A stretch of 64,000 bases of DNA from Paraphysomonas bandaiensis. Taxonomy: Eukaryota; Protista; Chrysophyceae. The notes beneath the pieces were generated by a model that saw nothing but the letters and a program-made list of their open reading frames with translations, did no database searches and was not told the DNA's origin. This document shows, one piece after another, positions 1-14,300 of the stretch. The position numbers were made by a program, and so were the translations under genes. How positions within the stretch are numbered: the first letter of the stretch is position 1; every line of letters begins with the position of its first letter. The DNA is taken from NCBI GenBank assembly GCA_965644295.1, contig CBFFRP010000035.1, forward strand, positions 62,001 to 126,000. Reading direction: 5' to 3'.

Positions 1-600
1 TGTTCCTACGGGATCTCCTACTACATCGATGCCTACAGGTGTACCCTCTTGTGTTCCTACAGGATCTCCTACTACGTCGAAACCAACTGGTCAGCCCACC
101 AATGTTCCTACAGGATCTCCTACTACATCGATACCAACTGGTCAGCCTTCTTCTGTTCCTACGGGATCTCCTACTACATCGATGCCTACAGGTGTACCCT
201 CTTGTGTTCCTACAGGATATCCAACTACATCGATGCCTACAGTTCAGCCCACCAATGTTCCTACAGGATCTCCTACTACATCGATACCAACTGGTCAGCC
301 TTCTTCTGTTCCTACGGGATCTCCTACTACATCGATGCCTACAGGTGTACCCTCTTGTGTTCCTACAGGATATCCAACTACATCGATGCCTACAGTTCAG
401 CCCACCAATGTTCCTACAGGATCTCCTACTACATCGATACCAACTGGTCAACCTACTAAAGTTCCTACGGGATCACCCACTACATTGATGCCTACAGATG
501 GGCCCTCTTATGTTCCTACGAGAACTCCAACAACATCGAAACCTACAGATGGACCCTCTTATATTCCTACAGGATCACCTACTACACCCGATAGAACTAA
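1..600 (+). repeat. Coding tandem repeat: 51-nt (17-aa xPTGxPxxVPTGSPTTS) units in a 153-nt higher-order repeat
   Basis: ATGCCTACAGGTGTACCC recurs at 29, 182 and 335; encodes a mucin-like PT stalk. Confidence 0.9.
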
Positions 601-3600
601 TTCTTCTACACCGGATATAACTAATATCGATATTATTACGTCGAAAAACTATTTTGTTATATCTGCGAGCGTGTCAATGCCGGGAACGCTGTATTGCGGT
701 GCGTTTTTGACTACTACGCCCCCTATCTCCATCCTAACTGTCACAATGACAAACAATTTCGCCATTGTTAAGTTTCCTGAAGCTCTAGTCCACATAACCA
801 TTGATAATTTGCTGCCAAATACAGCATATAATGTATATTGTGTGGCAAGTAGTGTATATGGCACTTCTACTTCCTTAGCTGATATGGTAACGAATAAAAT
901 GTTGGTCCGTACAGAGTGCTGTAAAGAGATATCTATTTCGTTAGCTGGAGTATCATATGCTGCTGACACCGATGTGCCGTCGTTCCTTGCAGTTGCTGCG
1001 ACAGCAGCACCGTCATTTCCTTTGACTGTTACTTTCACGGCAAGGCTTTTGGATGGCTCGAATCGATCAACTAATATATTTGTTCCTAGTACTGTTGAGA
1101 TTAACTCTAAATCATGGACTGCTACAAAATATATATCATTGATTGGCTCTCCTGCCGGTCGATATGATATCAGTGTCTCTATGAGTGGAGTGGATGGTGG
1201 TAATTATAGTGTTATTTTCAGTGAGCAGAGTGAATTCACCCTTCAGTTGTCAGGCGTGGAGCCTCCTGTTCCTAGCCTTACTGCTGCTACATTTACTTCT
1301 GATGGAATGTTTGTCATTGTCAAATTTGATTCCCCAACTGACATGGCCGGACAGTTTTCATTGTTCCCGTGTTCGCTAGTTTTTTCTTTCGAGGATGATA
1401 CAAATTCTACGTGTGAGTGGACCAGCCCATATAGTGTACTCGTTACTCCAGGGGCAACCTCCAACATTGATGTGGGTGAAAAAGTCGCTGTTGTTGAGAA
1501 TGTTTTGCGTGCATCATGTCCATTCTCGTCGTTCGAGTGCCTGCAATGGAAAACTGTTCCTTCGACATCAGCAGTTATAATCTCTGCACCAGTAACACCA
1601 ACTCCCCCGGAGGTTGTAATCTCTGGACCCGATAAGTGTGGTCCATGTGATGAAGTTGTTCTTGATCTTCTTTCTTCCACCGGCAGCGGTCGAAAGGCAT
1701 GGAAAAATGTGACTGTCGACGTAATGAGTCGAAACATGGAATCTGCGAGGCAACTGGAAATCTTTTTCTCAACCTATGAGGTAGGCCGTCCGACAACCAT
1801 TCCTCGAGACTTGTTGAACCCCGGATATTATTATGACTTTCATTTTACTCTCTGCAACTTCTTAAATTCATGTTCTCATTCGGTTCACCGTCTCGTGATG
1901 ACGTACAGCTCTGTACCTTTGGTTCGCATATTGGGGCGAAAATCTCGATCTATTGCAACTGCCGTCCCCCTTGTTCTGCAAGCGGATGCATCTGTATCTT
2001 ATTGCAATGGAACTAAGTCATATGCTGGTTTGGAGTACAGTTGGTATGTTACAAGAGATGGATCGCTGGACAGCTCAGTGGCTTCGACATCAAGAGATAT
2101 GTCGAAGTTTAGGGTTCAACCATTTACATTGAGCCCTGGTTCGGTTTACGAATTTGCTGTACAAGTTATTCACACTGACTCTCACGAAATGGTGATGTCG
2201 TCTGTCTATGTCGCTGTTACCAGATCTGATCTCGTCGCTTCCATATATGGTGGTACTCATAGAACTGTGAGACTCGGTGAGAGTATTGTTATCGATGCGT
2301 CGGGGAGTTACGATGCTGACGCTGCGAATTTTACTGATACTTACTTATCGTACTCTTGGAGCTGCTATCAGTACAAACCGAGACTATCAGCTGAATGCGG
2401 ATTAAATATATCATTTGATGGGTCTGTGGCCACAACGTATACATCACTTACAACCAGTACATCTACCGTTTTCGTTATCACGGTGATTGTATCGGACTTC
2501 ACTAGAGAAAGTGAACAGTCAGTGTACATTACCGTGAGCGAAGCAATCGATCCAGTGGGGATAGTATCGGCGAAACACATGACGACGGTGTTTAATTCAG
2601 CGGATGATATCACTCTATTGGCCTCTGTCAATCTTGCTGTCCCTGCCATTGTTGAGTGGGTCGTCAATGATGCTTCTGTTAATCTTACTCCTGTATCTCG
2701 CACAGAAGTTTCCAAGTACTTTGTCCAAGGTCAGCATATTTTCAACATTGTAGTAATGGGAAATGCACTAGTCGGAAGATTTGCGCCCTATGTATTCTCA
2801 CTTTATAGTAATAACCAAACGTTGGTGTCAATAGCCGTGAAAGTTAATTCTGCCCCATCCGCAGGGACGTTTGATGTGGAACCAACTAACGGTACTGCTA
2901 CCAATACAAACTTTTTGTTCGTTGCTAAACTGTGGATGGATGACGATTCTCCCGTGTCCTTTCAGTTTGGTTACTTGTCGTACCATGATACTTTCAATGT
3001 AGTCAGAGACAGATCTGAATCTGGTTATGGATATTCTATATTACCAGCTGGACGAACGACGAAGAGGTTTCTTCTTACGTGCCTCGTGGTGGTGTTTGAT
3101 GTCTTTGACGCCCGTGCTTCGGCAAGCACTGATGTTTTTGTACAAGATATTGAGCTCGATTCCCTGACTCTACAAGATAAAATTACAGCAGAGCTCCGCG
3201 TCAGTTGGGGAAATTTGGATAGCACTAAAATGATTCTCTCTACAACAAGTTCAATTCTGAACACACGTGATTGCTCGAATGCCCCTGACTGCGCCGCATT
3301 GAATCGTGAAGAGTGTGCGAGAGTGGACAATACATGTGGGAAGTGTTTGCCGGGATTCATAGGACCTGCGAGTGAAGATAACTCAGACTGTATTAATGTT
3401 GAGGTGTTTACTTCCATCTTTTCGAATGATGGGTATGCGACAGCGTGCCGCACTGATTATGATTGCGCTCTATGGACGTATTGTAGTGTTGAGAGGGGGG
3501 TTTGCGAAAGATCAATGAAAAATTGTCTGCAAAATTGTTCAGGAAATGGGAAGTGTGGTTTTCGGAATGTTGATACCGGTGCATCGATTGACGTATGTTT

Positions 3601-6600
3601 TATGGGAGACACGACTTGTGAGGCTATCTGCAGCTGCAATGAAGGTTTTGGTGGCACAGGTTGCCGCCTCACCGCCACTGAATTACAGGTCAAGCAGTCC
3701 ATACAACGGCAGCTCTTGGAATATTTGAGATTGCTGTGCAAGTTTGATGATCCGAGCTCCAATAGTATAAGTACATGGCAGTTGCTTCTGGCTTCAATTA
3801 CTGAGTCAGGAGATAAGCTCTCACCAACAGCATCTAAAATCGCTCTTGATATCGCCGATTATATACTGTGGAGTGCATCTGACATCGATATATCGAATGA
3901 CTGTCTACGAGGTGTTTTAAACTCAGTAGACTCGATTATTATTGCGTCTGCGCCAACCTCGAATTATACCCTTGATCAGCATCTATCTAGTTTGGGAGAC
4001 CCCATCAGCATGTTGGATAGCATTGGTCTACGTTTTAATAGTGACATGGTGGAAGGGCAGCGTGCCATAGAAAGTGTCAACAAGATGTTTAGGCTTACGA
4101 CTCAAGTTCTGCCTTATTCTGCAGGAAATTCCACTGTCTTGTTACCAATGACTTCCACAGAACAAAGCACAGGCATCCAACCTAATTCTTTGTTTATTAG
4201 TGCGAACTCACAGTCCGAACAGAGAATATTGGCAGCGTCCCTCAAGGCGCGATTGTATAGCAATTCAACAAATTTTAATTCCGATGCTTTGAGGGTTGTA
4301 TTCGATTCCTCATTCAGTGATAATTCTTCAGTCACTTTGGTAGTACGGAATTATGTGGAAGATAGTTATGGATCACTCAATGATGCAGTGTTTGTGAACA
4401 CAACATGTAGTGAGGGGGACTATGCGGAATATGAACATATTTGTCCCGGAGGAGATATGGGTGACATGTCAGTGTTACATGTGTGTAACGGCAGTGCTGT
4501 TATGATGGAGACGAGGTGCCCCACTGTCGCTGCCGTGCCTGTGTGTCGCGTGCTTAATGGGGATAACTTCAACTGTACCGTGCAGTCATACTCCACCGCA
4601 TCAACCGTTTGTATGTGCTATCATGTGATTAATGACTCGAAAAGACGATCACTCTCCTTGGAAGGAACAGGAGCTCTTGAGGTATATAAGGTGGTTAGGC
4701 TGTTTTGACATGCTTATTATTTCTGTCTATAGGTTGCTGCAGTCACACAACTTGTAGTAGAAGACTTTGCCACTACTATATCGACAGCTGGTGACTTCGA
4801 TTCCTCTGCTGACTTGGAGGATACCATTATTGTGATTATGTTGTATGGTGTCATGTGGTATGTACTTCAGACTTGTTAGAACATTGTGTTTTATTTCACC
4901 TCAATAGGGTCGGCGGGTTGATTGGTATAGCTATGTGCTCAATACGACAATACGTTACGCATCGTAAGGTGGGCGAAGGCGAATCTCGACTTGAGAAAAA
5001 GAAAATGTTGGCGAGCACAACCAAGTCTGCAGCCGATGTGAGAAACTACCTGACAGCTTATGTGAATGAAATATTTCCTTCTGTGTTTCATGCTAAATCT
5101 GTTTCGCGAAGACTTTGGGATGAAATATGCAAGCACCATAGGTGGTTTCAAAGCGAACTATATATTATTGACTGCTGAATAATTGATGTACGCAGGTACC
5201 TGGTGTTGTTTACAGCGTCAGGAGTAGATGGAGATAATCTGCGGATACTAACCGGTATACGTTCAGGATATGCAAGCAATTTATGTAATTGATATTTTCT
5301 CAGGGCTGCATTTACTGACCATTCAGAGTATGCTGATGTTCATTCTAGCTGTTTGTTATGACCTGGTATGTGTTTTTTTGTATCATCTGTGCAAAGTCGT
5401 TCTAACCCCGATAATAATGCATTCATGACAGCAATTTCCCCAAGATGACGGTTCGTGTGAGGCATTCACCACAGAGTCAGAGTGTCTCAGACAGAAGTCA
5501 CCTTTCGATGTAGATGTGTCATTATGTTCGTGGAATGAGGACTCTACAGCAGTTGGGGGATACTCTTGTGCATACGAGCCTCCCACGATGACAGTTCGGG
5601 TCAGTTTAATAATTATCATTTTTGTTGTGTTTGTATGTAATGTGTAGTTAGGTTATTATCATCATATCGATCGTTGTGGCTACTATTACTGCGCCGGTTA
5701 ACTTACTTGTGGACTTTTTGTTCATTGAAATTCTATCTGCTCCAACCGCGGATTCCTTAAAGGTTCGAAATCGGGAATCCCTGGTAAAAAGGGTCGCACG
5801 CCGGTCGTCTGCAGTTGGGAGGAGGGTGTCATCCGTCTCAACCCAAGCTTTGAAATCTTTGCGCAATAGTGTTTTACGAAAACCCAGATACTCATTTGGT
5901 CTGACGGGTAATGTTCCAACAACCCGAATGGTTCCAGAATCTGCTGAAGAGGCGCATCATATAGCATCTACTTCCGTGAGAGAGATATTGCAAGATGTGA
6001 AAGCCAAAATTGACACTCGCGTAACTACAAGAGATGTTCGACGTAAAGAATCAGATACCTTTAAGTCGAAAAAAAATTTGCATGAGAAACGGAAATACAG
6101 ACAACGAAGTGATAGTGATGTTGTGAATTTCCAGCACGACGTCAGTGATGATACAATAGATAATATATTTTTCGATCTTTCTGTAGACATTACAGAGCAG
6201 AGAAGAAACCTGAAGAATAACCAAAAAGAAGTTTTCGACACCATGTGGGGCATTGACCCTACTGGTGAATTTTCGAAACAAACAGAGAGGACTCTCTTTT
6301 GTACATTGAGGACAATGAGTGCTGAAAGCGCGATCAAGAAGGAGTTAATGTTTGTGAAAGCAGAGACACAATCGAAATATGAAAAGCTTCGGTTTGCAAC
6401 TGACGTGCAAATTGGAATGGAAATACTGCATCTTTTTATTGTGGACCTCCTTGGAAGGGACACTCCTGTGGCAAAGGTAAGTTACATATTATATACCTCT
6501 TTATTTTTGATTCTTGAAATATATAGATATTTTTGACGAAGAGCGAAGAAGAGTAAGTGCAATGTTAACTGAGAAATATGTTTCTAAGTACAATTTATTA

Positions 6601-8121
6601 GCTTTAGACATTCGTATGTTGTTACCAAGATGGTTAAAACCATTGCCTGGGCAGTTGTTGTTTTGCTGAACTTGTTTTTCGTGTACTTCTCGTTACTGCG
6701 CGGTCTAGAGCGAGGGTTTGAGTGGCAGGTAATATATGATGCTTTGTCAAAATCGAGTTGTTCATATTGTCCACAGAGGTTGTTTTTGGTTGCTTGTATT
6801 ATACAGTTCATTGTCGAGATATTGTTTTATGAGGTGGGTCAAAACTATTTATCAAGTCATCATTGTGATGTTGTGACCACAGACTTCCGAATGCGCCATT
6901 GTTCATTTCTATATTCCCGATCTGGCTCGGAATGAAGTACGAAGTGTGGGATTCGCTGTTCATCAGGCAGTCAGTAAAGTGTGCACAGCTACCGTGGAGA
7001 GCGCATCCAATGTGATTCTCGATGCACCTAGATATTTATTTGTATCTACCAATGTAGCGAAGAAATTTCCGGATTTGTTGGAGAGTATAATAGTCATGAG
7101 CTATCACACATACTCTCCTGGGGAGTTTTCGAAGAAGTGGCGTTTTTTTCATTTCTCAGAATCGTTTGTAGCATCGGTCAATCCTTGGGCGAGGTCCAGA
7201 TCTCGTGTAAAACGTTTTACTCTCAGTACGATGTGTGTGGGGTTGCTTCAACAATTAGGTGCTATGTCCCCAACATTTCAGCGTGTTGTGATTCACACAT
7301 TGCAACCCCTTGTTGTGAGTGCGATTTGTCTTTTATTTGTTTTGGTTGAAAAGCATCCCATATTCTTAGTTTTGTTCGTTCCACCTCTTCTATATAAGCT
7401 GTACTGTGGAATTCGAGACTATGAATGCGACAAAACAGACAGTTCCAGAAGCAGTGTGGATGATAAGGGAGCTGATATGGAAGAAAACTTGCATAACAAT
7501 GTCAATGAGAGTATAAACGAATGCCTACCTAAGGATCGTGGTGTTTGCAACGAAGAGACTTTGCGATTGGCGGAATATCCTGCTCTGCTCCGGAATAGTA
7601 GTGAAACTGTGCATGGTATTGTTGCTGACACGAACGAATTCGAGGCTGGTTTAGACTCTAGCATGAATTCCGATGAACACTGTGCCTCCAACTTTCCATC
7701 TGATGTAAGCTGTTGGTCTGTTAGTTCAATGTCGAAGTCATTGCACGGTTTTGAGATATCCTCTGATGATGCGTCTCAAAACATATTGGAATCGGAAAGT
7801 TCTGAATCCTTCAGTGAAACGGAAAGCAAAGGTTATCGCAGCCTTTCTTTAGATATCGACCGGCCTCAGACTAGTGATATTGAGAGTGGACCAAAGAGCC
7901 GTCCTCACGCGATGTCAATGGGTGATATTGACTTGCTTGATTACGATGAGGAATACTTCGTATCAGGCGATGCATGCGTATGCTCAGAAGAAGAGAATAA
8001 GCTCTACGATGAGTTTCATTTTGCAGAAAGTTGCGATGCTGCGTGTAAAAATAATATTGTTTTAGGCGATGACAGTTCGAATGCAGTCAGCGACGATATT
8101 CGATTACAGTCTGAAGCCTAG
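1..8121 (+). CDS. Large PKD1/REJ-like cell-surface membrane protein (PT-rich stalk, REJ/PKD-like region, EGF-like Cys modules, GPS-like motif, several TM helices, acidic C-tail); 5'-truncated, multi-exon
   Basis: 1559-aa ORF 29-4708 contains PT repeats, REJ-type motifs (IDASGSYDAD, YSWSC, GTFDVEPTNG), Cys modules (CSGNGKC..CSCNEGFGGTGC) and GPS-like CTVQSYSTASTVCMC. It continues through ~50-bp GT-AG introns (e.g. 4682-4732) into ORFs 4855-5178, 5676-6536, 6630-6935 and 6946-8121, which have hydrophobic segments. Confidence 0.8.
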
Positions 8122-8978
8122 TTGGTTTTCCATGGTGATATTTTGTTGTTCAAATAAATGCTTTATACCGTTCACTCAGTTGATGTTTTCATTGTGCTGT
8201 ACTCTTTTTTAGATTTGTGCTTATATCCGTGTTGCATCAGTGACACCTGGAGTTTATGTTTCAAATAAAATGAATGATTATTCGCACATACCTGTGTATG
8301 GCGAGTTTATTTGTGAAGCAGAGTTGGGTGAGGTATCGTATTATGCTGCATTACTTTTGCTATATATAAATATATAATAAATGGAATCGTTACATTTTAT
8401 GACTAGAATTAATTTGGAAATATTGCGTTTCTCCGAGTCAGTTTGCATAATTCTGAGCAATAAATGAGTAATTGTTTCCTTAGTTATGAAGTCGTGTTGG
8501 ACTTGGAAACCACTGAAGGAACCACTTATTATGTATGCCTGCATAGCAAGTTCGCACGATGTACTCATTGTAAATTTTGCCTTCACTACACTCAATAACA
8601 TAGTCAATAACCACACTTTTACAAGAACTAGTTTTAGTAAAGATTAATTTAATTATTAATTATATTATTTACTATAGACTACTGACTACAATATGAGAGT
8701 GTGTAATGGCAAGATGTTTGGTAGGTAATAGAACTTGCTTGGTACCTATATGTCAAAAAGGTAGTGCCTAATAGGGTTGCTAATGCGATTATTAGGTATC
8801 AAGAACTAGGACCCACCTATAGCTGGTCTTGCCACCTATATGTGAACCTATATTGCAGGTCTTAGTATTAGCAAAAGATAGGCGTTAAGAAGCAGCACCA
8901 GTTTAGTAGCTTCAAGAAAACTAGTCAAGCTAGATAGACGTCTACCTGTAACTAACTAGTACAAACTCTATTATCCTA

Positions 8979-9412
8979 CTATTTAGCGCTACGGAGGCTG
9001 CTTGTGTGTCGCCGCAAGAACTAAGGTGCAACTACCTCCGCTCTATCGCTCAAAGCAGAATGTTGATATATACCTGGCATCTACTGACTTCAGGATTTTT
9101 GATTCTTTTAAGGTGAACATCCCGGATTCTTAACTTCAGCAGGCAGCCCAATACCCCGGTTACCCTTCGAGTGGATGCCCTTGAGGTGGGCCCATTTCCG
9201 AATGCCTGTTTATTCGTCAAGGCCCAAAGACGTCTACACATGTGACACTTATTGGTGTCCCTTGTACCACAGAAGCAGTTATTTGGCTATGAGTGGGTAG
9301 AATAATATCTGCTGTCTATGTTTGCGATTCACTTTAGTTTCCCGGAGAAATATCTCCGGTACTTTCCCCCCAGAACACCACGAAAATATGAGAGTCCGAC
9401 TATGTTGAGGGA
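8979..9412 (-). mobile_element. Dispersed ~430-bp non-coding repeat, Helitron-like (copy A)
   Basis: Reverse complement aligns by eye with 18966-19312 and 44178-44604; same orientation as the split copy at 31130-31985. Starts TCCCTCAAC and ends with a hairpin plus ATAG|T. Confidence 0.7.
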
Positions 9413-9622
9413 GGTGGTCCTACCTGAAACTGGTAAAGGTGCTACCTATTGAGCTAAAATGTGCCTATAGGTACTACACAAGTACATAATAGGTACCAGG
9501 AGATTTAATTACAGTAATAAGGAACCTATAGGTACTTTTTCTGAAGTTCACCGATGTAGTATTGTAGTATACATTTGTACTCTTGTTATTCGTACTGTGA
9601 GAATGAATGACGATATAGTTAT

Positions 9623-9742
9623 ATTTAACCACGGGCAATAAGGAGGCTATATCGTCCCGCGCTCAAAATCTTGAAACGAGGGCGAAAAGCCCGAGTTTTA
9701 AAATTTAGACAAGGGACGATACTCCTTATCCCTAGGTTAAAT
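9623..9742. repeat. ~120-bp imperfect fold-back (inverted repeat)
   Basis: Paired arms ATTTAACC/GGTTAAAT, ATAAGGAG/CTCCTTAT and ATCGTCCC/GGGACGAT around the apex GGGC-GAAAA-GCCC. Confidence 0.75.
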
Positions 9743-11316
9743 TGTAGCTTATCCTCATGACGTTGAAAAGTTAATATTAGATTGTATAGCTATTTGTAGC
9801 ATGCTTGCTGTATTAAGAAATAGATGTTCCTTGATTAAATTAATAACACAAATGAGAACTCATATAGTTTCAAATGAATGATATGTATACTGTAAGTGTG
9901 ATGATAAATGTAAACAGTTGAAGATGAAAGAGATGCTTCTTATTGCCTTAATTAGCATCATCATCACATTTATATACAGCAGGCTTTACCTCTGCAAGTG
10001 CACCTGATCGAAAGATGTGTGTATGATACGAAACACACAATATCCTGAGAAGCATGATACGGCTCCAACCCTGAAAGAACTGGGTGCCACTGCTCCTAAC
10101 CACCTATATAGCATCAGATATGGTACTTAAACTCTCCTGTAATATTCTTGAAGTTGTTTCGAAGTCCTGGATATGAAGACAGATCCCTTGCACTGACCTC
10201 ATTATGATCTTCTACAGCAGTCGAAGGATGGAATATAACTTGGAGTTAGATGATCTGCTCTTGATATTTGGCTCATGATTGTGGTTTCTCTATAATTGTG
10301 TACTATAATGAAATCACGTACATTCGACTGTCATTATCATAATGAAGATAGAAGTGAGCTTCTGTTGAACCGAATATTGAAGTTGAATGTCTCTATTTGC
10401 CCGGTGCTGATATGAGCGCCCTGTTGAGCCCAAATCAGGTCAAAAAAAAGCATTTTTTGAGACAAAATGGGGATAAGCATATAGTGGTAAAACGAAATAT
10501 AGTGACGATGCAAGTTGTAGTGACGATATAAGATCGTACGAGAAATGATTGGTAGTAAAGACAACATGAAATTGATGAATGATATGAGATATTGATTATA
10601 ATCTATAATTCTCAGCATTGAGTATAAGTTTACCTTCTTTTGTAAGCTAATATTTCTCATATAATGTCATACTATGATAGTGTCTAGTTGCTTGATATTA
10701 TTTAGTGCAACAACAATAAGTTGAAATGCGGTTAAGTTGCAGCGAACGATTCACAACAACTTAGCAGTTGAATTAAAGAGCTGCGTTTACTAATCATGCC
10801 AGATTCCATAAAGCAATACCTTGAAGAAGGATAACATGGTGCCCTTACTAACCATAGTGAAAGCCATATTACCGATAATAGTTACTTGCACTTCTTTCTA
10901 AATGCGTATTAGGGCTGCAAAGAAAGCCAAATTAACTTGCAGTATTTGTTTCAGTATAGGTTCTACTTCCAACACAAAATAGATATTACACAAATTATTT
11001 CATTGTTATTAAATCAACTGGGAATCTGACGTATTATATTATCGGTGGCCTATAAAATAGAGCCCATCATTATCACAAATAAAACCATTATCATGTTACC
11101 GCTATTAGGCACCAGTTACACGTGATGCATATTAGTCGATACAATTGAGTTGTAGCCGTGTTGTTAAAAGCCTGAGAAAAGAGGGTAATAATAAATGCTG
11201 TGGAAGCATGAGGCAATTCAAGGCCTCAGAAAAGCAATGTATTAGTGACAACTGTCACAACTTTTGAACGCATGTCTCATGTCATCTGAGGATCGACAAG
11301 TTTTCGACCAAGATTC

Positions 11317-14300
11317 TTATTTATCATGTGGTGTATCTGTGAGTTGGTGCAATTGTATCATGCCATCGTCATTAGCTTCTTTTCTGGCGCGCTGGAATCG
11401 TTTTCCCAGAGCTTTCGTGCCGAATTCAAGCACGTGAGATAAGAGTTGTTTAGCCTGTGCTAGCTGTTCTTCAGTGCCAGTTAATTCAATCGTGCACATC
11501 GAGGAGCCCTCAGGGGCATCTTCATTCACATGTATTTTACACCCTGTACGGCGCATCATTTCTTTAGCAGTAAGTCCTTTGATCCCTATTACCAGTGGTA
11601 CTTTATCAATTGGACACTCCATGACAACCGTTTTCATGTTGAGGGCAACCACGGGACCGACCTCGATAACATCATTTATCAGTTTCTTTCCGGCTTCTAC
11701 ATGCTCGGGAGTACCAATTATACGTATCACCTGAGACACACTCGCGGCTCCCTTCGTGTTGGGAGAGACATGACTATGCGAGAGCTGAGTAAATGATGGC
11801 TTTGACACTTGTCCTGGAGTATCATTATCCCTAGATGTGGAATTCCCGCACTGATCAACAACCACTTCACACCCGCTCAGACGCTTAATCTCCCTGAGAA
11901 TAGAGCCACGCTTACCTATGACCTGGGCTACCTTATCCGTTGGACAGAATAACACTTTCTCAACGAATCCAGGAGGTATTTCTTGAGACGTGCTCTTTGC
12001 TATCTCAACTGCGACGGGAGCAGACGCTGTGCATGAAGGAATTGAGTTTTGACTTCGGGGAGGCGTCACCTCACGCAATGAACACTCTTCCATTCCGCGC
12101 GTCATATCAGTGAGAACACTTTGACCAGATAATGGAGCTGCTGCACTAGCATTACTGCCTCTCTCAGAGTTAGAGTTGCCAGATCGCACTCTCAAAGCTA
12201 ACTTTTGTTTACACTCCGGCGGTGGGGGAGTGGGCGCAAGAAGTGCCCGACCACCGGTTTCGTCCTCAAATGAATCCACTTCTTGAAAAGGGGGCGGAGG
12301 GGGTATCGTAACTGAACTAGCATCTGATGAACTGTGCAGTACACTGATCGGCATTGATTTTGCCCGGGTATTAGGAGAAAGAATGTGCTGCTGTCTGTAC
12401 TTGAACCGATGGTTCATCACAAGGCGATCTAGTAATCGTACTGCGATTTCTACCCCAGCACTGGTTCCAATTACGGATATAGTTGGCGGGAACTCCTACA
12501 AGTAAACATCACATACTGTTAAAAAAGGCTTGTGGCATAGTGACACAATCGCCACTAACAGATTGGAGAACTAGTTTACCCACCTCTTCAGTGTGTTCAT
12601 TAATAAGTATTTTCGTTCTCGACTGTAGTTGAACATCCTCAATAGTAGACCCTCCAGGGCCAATCAGCACAGGAATAATTTGAGGGGGGCAATCCATCGT
12701 ATGAATCACACCATCGAGTCCATCACGCCTACTTTGTCCGGGAGAGCGATAGTGGGTCGGATTTACGCTAGAGTCAATCAAAAATTTTGCAAGCTCTCGC
12801 CGGTCCTGTTTGCCATATACATAAATAACTGGAGATGTCAAGTGAGGACCTTCATCTAAAGTAATTTGACAGCGTGATTTCGTCGCAATTTCAGTCAAGA
12901 GGTGTCCACGCAGGAGCGGAATCTTATCTCGAGGACATTCAAAACTCTCTCGAGCCTTGTTGTTACCAGTAGTGGATATGAAGTATGCGGGGTATACTCT
13001 TGACGGGGCAGGAGATGGCGGGGGAGATAAGTTATACTTCGTCGTATGAGTCGACCCACTCCTGTTGTCACCTTCCTCATCACTTGTATCATATCCACTA
13101 TAATCTGCTCTGGATGATGTTGACATTGATCCAGAACTACTCTCCCGTAGGCGATCTAACTTGGTAGTATTATCCTCTCGTCGACAAGTTCTTCCAGCAT
13201 CAAGTTCAGTACCTGGCTCTGCGAACGAATCAATGCTGCTCCCCTGATGACGAAACTCTCGTACTGTCGAGTCAATATGTTTCTGAAGAGCCCGAGTTAA
13301 ACGAGTTATTGAGGGCGCAGACGAGGTGGACAGACTTGAGATAGAGCTCTTACGAGAAATCGATTCTCGTTGGTAGTGCCCATTTCCATCATCTATACTG
13401 CACTCTGAATTTCTTCGAGTCAACATAGCGCGGATTTTGCCCATTGCATGATCCCCGCTACCTAGTACCATTTTAAGACAGGGTACAGCGGCCGCCACAT
13501 CATCTGCCATGCCCCGAATCTCAACAGTGCATGGAACCGCCGGGTCTGACCCTTTCCGAACATATATGCGACAACCAGTGATTTCTCGCAGCTCTGTAAT
13601 GCGACTGCCCTTGACTCCAATAAGACGACCCACACTATCGTATTCGCAGTTTATATATGCCGATACGGGCCCCTCTTTCATTGGCGTGCTTCTAGTCGAA
13701 CGGATCCTTACACCGCCTACCAGTGGGGATGCGGCTAACATCTCATGGGCTGGAGAGGACGTTGAGTGACCAGTAAAGCTGTGAGGACGACGCTTTTCCT
13801 CTTCAGAAGAACGAGTTGGTGGGGGAGAAAAGTCGGAGGGAACGCAACCAGTGAAACTATTGGGGCGGTTATCGAAAATATGACTGAATAACTGTCGCGC
13901 TTCATCTACTTGCAATTTGTTGCCGCGGAAAGTGACCGCGCCCATATGAAAATCTTCGGACAAATCAATTCGACACCCAACACGACTGGATATGCGGTGT
14001 AATGGTGCAAACCCAACCGCAGCTAGCTTAACGTATTGTGGCTTCGGTAGCATGATCGTATCAGCAACATCCAGCGATCCCTCGGGAAATTCAGACACTG
14101 AACTGCTGCCATCAATACTACCACTCTTTGATGACTGATGATTGCTTTCTTCCAGCAGCTCGAGTATTCGATCCCTTGCGAGAAGCAACTGAGGTCTTTC
14201 GGCCGATGTATCCCCACGAATGACAACCATTTGGTTGCCATCCTTTGACTGCAGTGAGATGTATGTACCTGTCGCTGATCCGATCGTATTTAGAGCATCA

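Noticed and set aside
39-488. Alternative-frame ORFs 39-488 and 49-459
   Set aside because: Off-frame readings of the PT tandem repeat.
9780-10850. Possible decayed tyrosine-recombinase (Crypton-like) element; THIFR on the minus strand near 10010
   Set aside because: A single short motif with no supporting frame or other catalytic residues.
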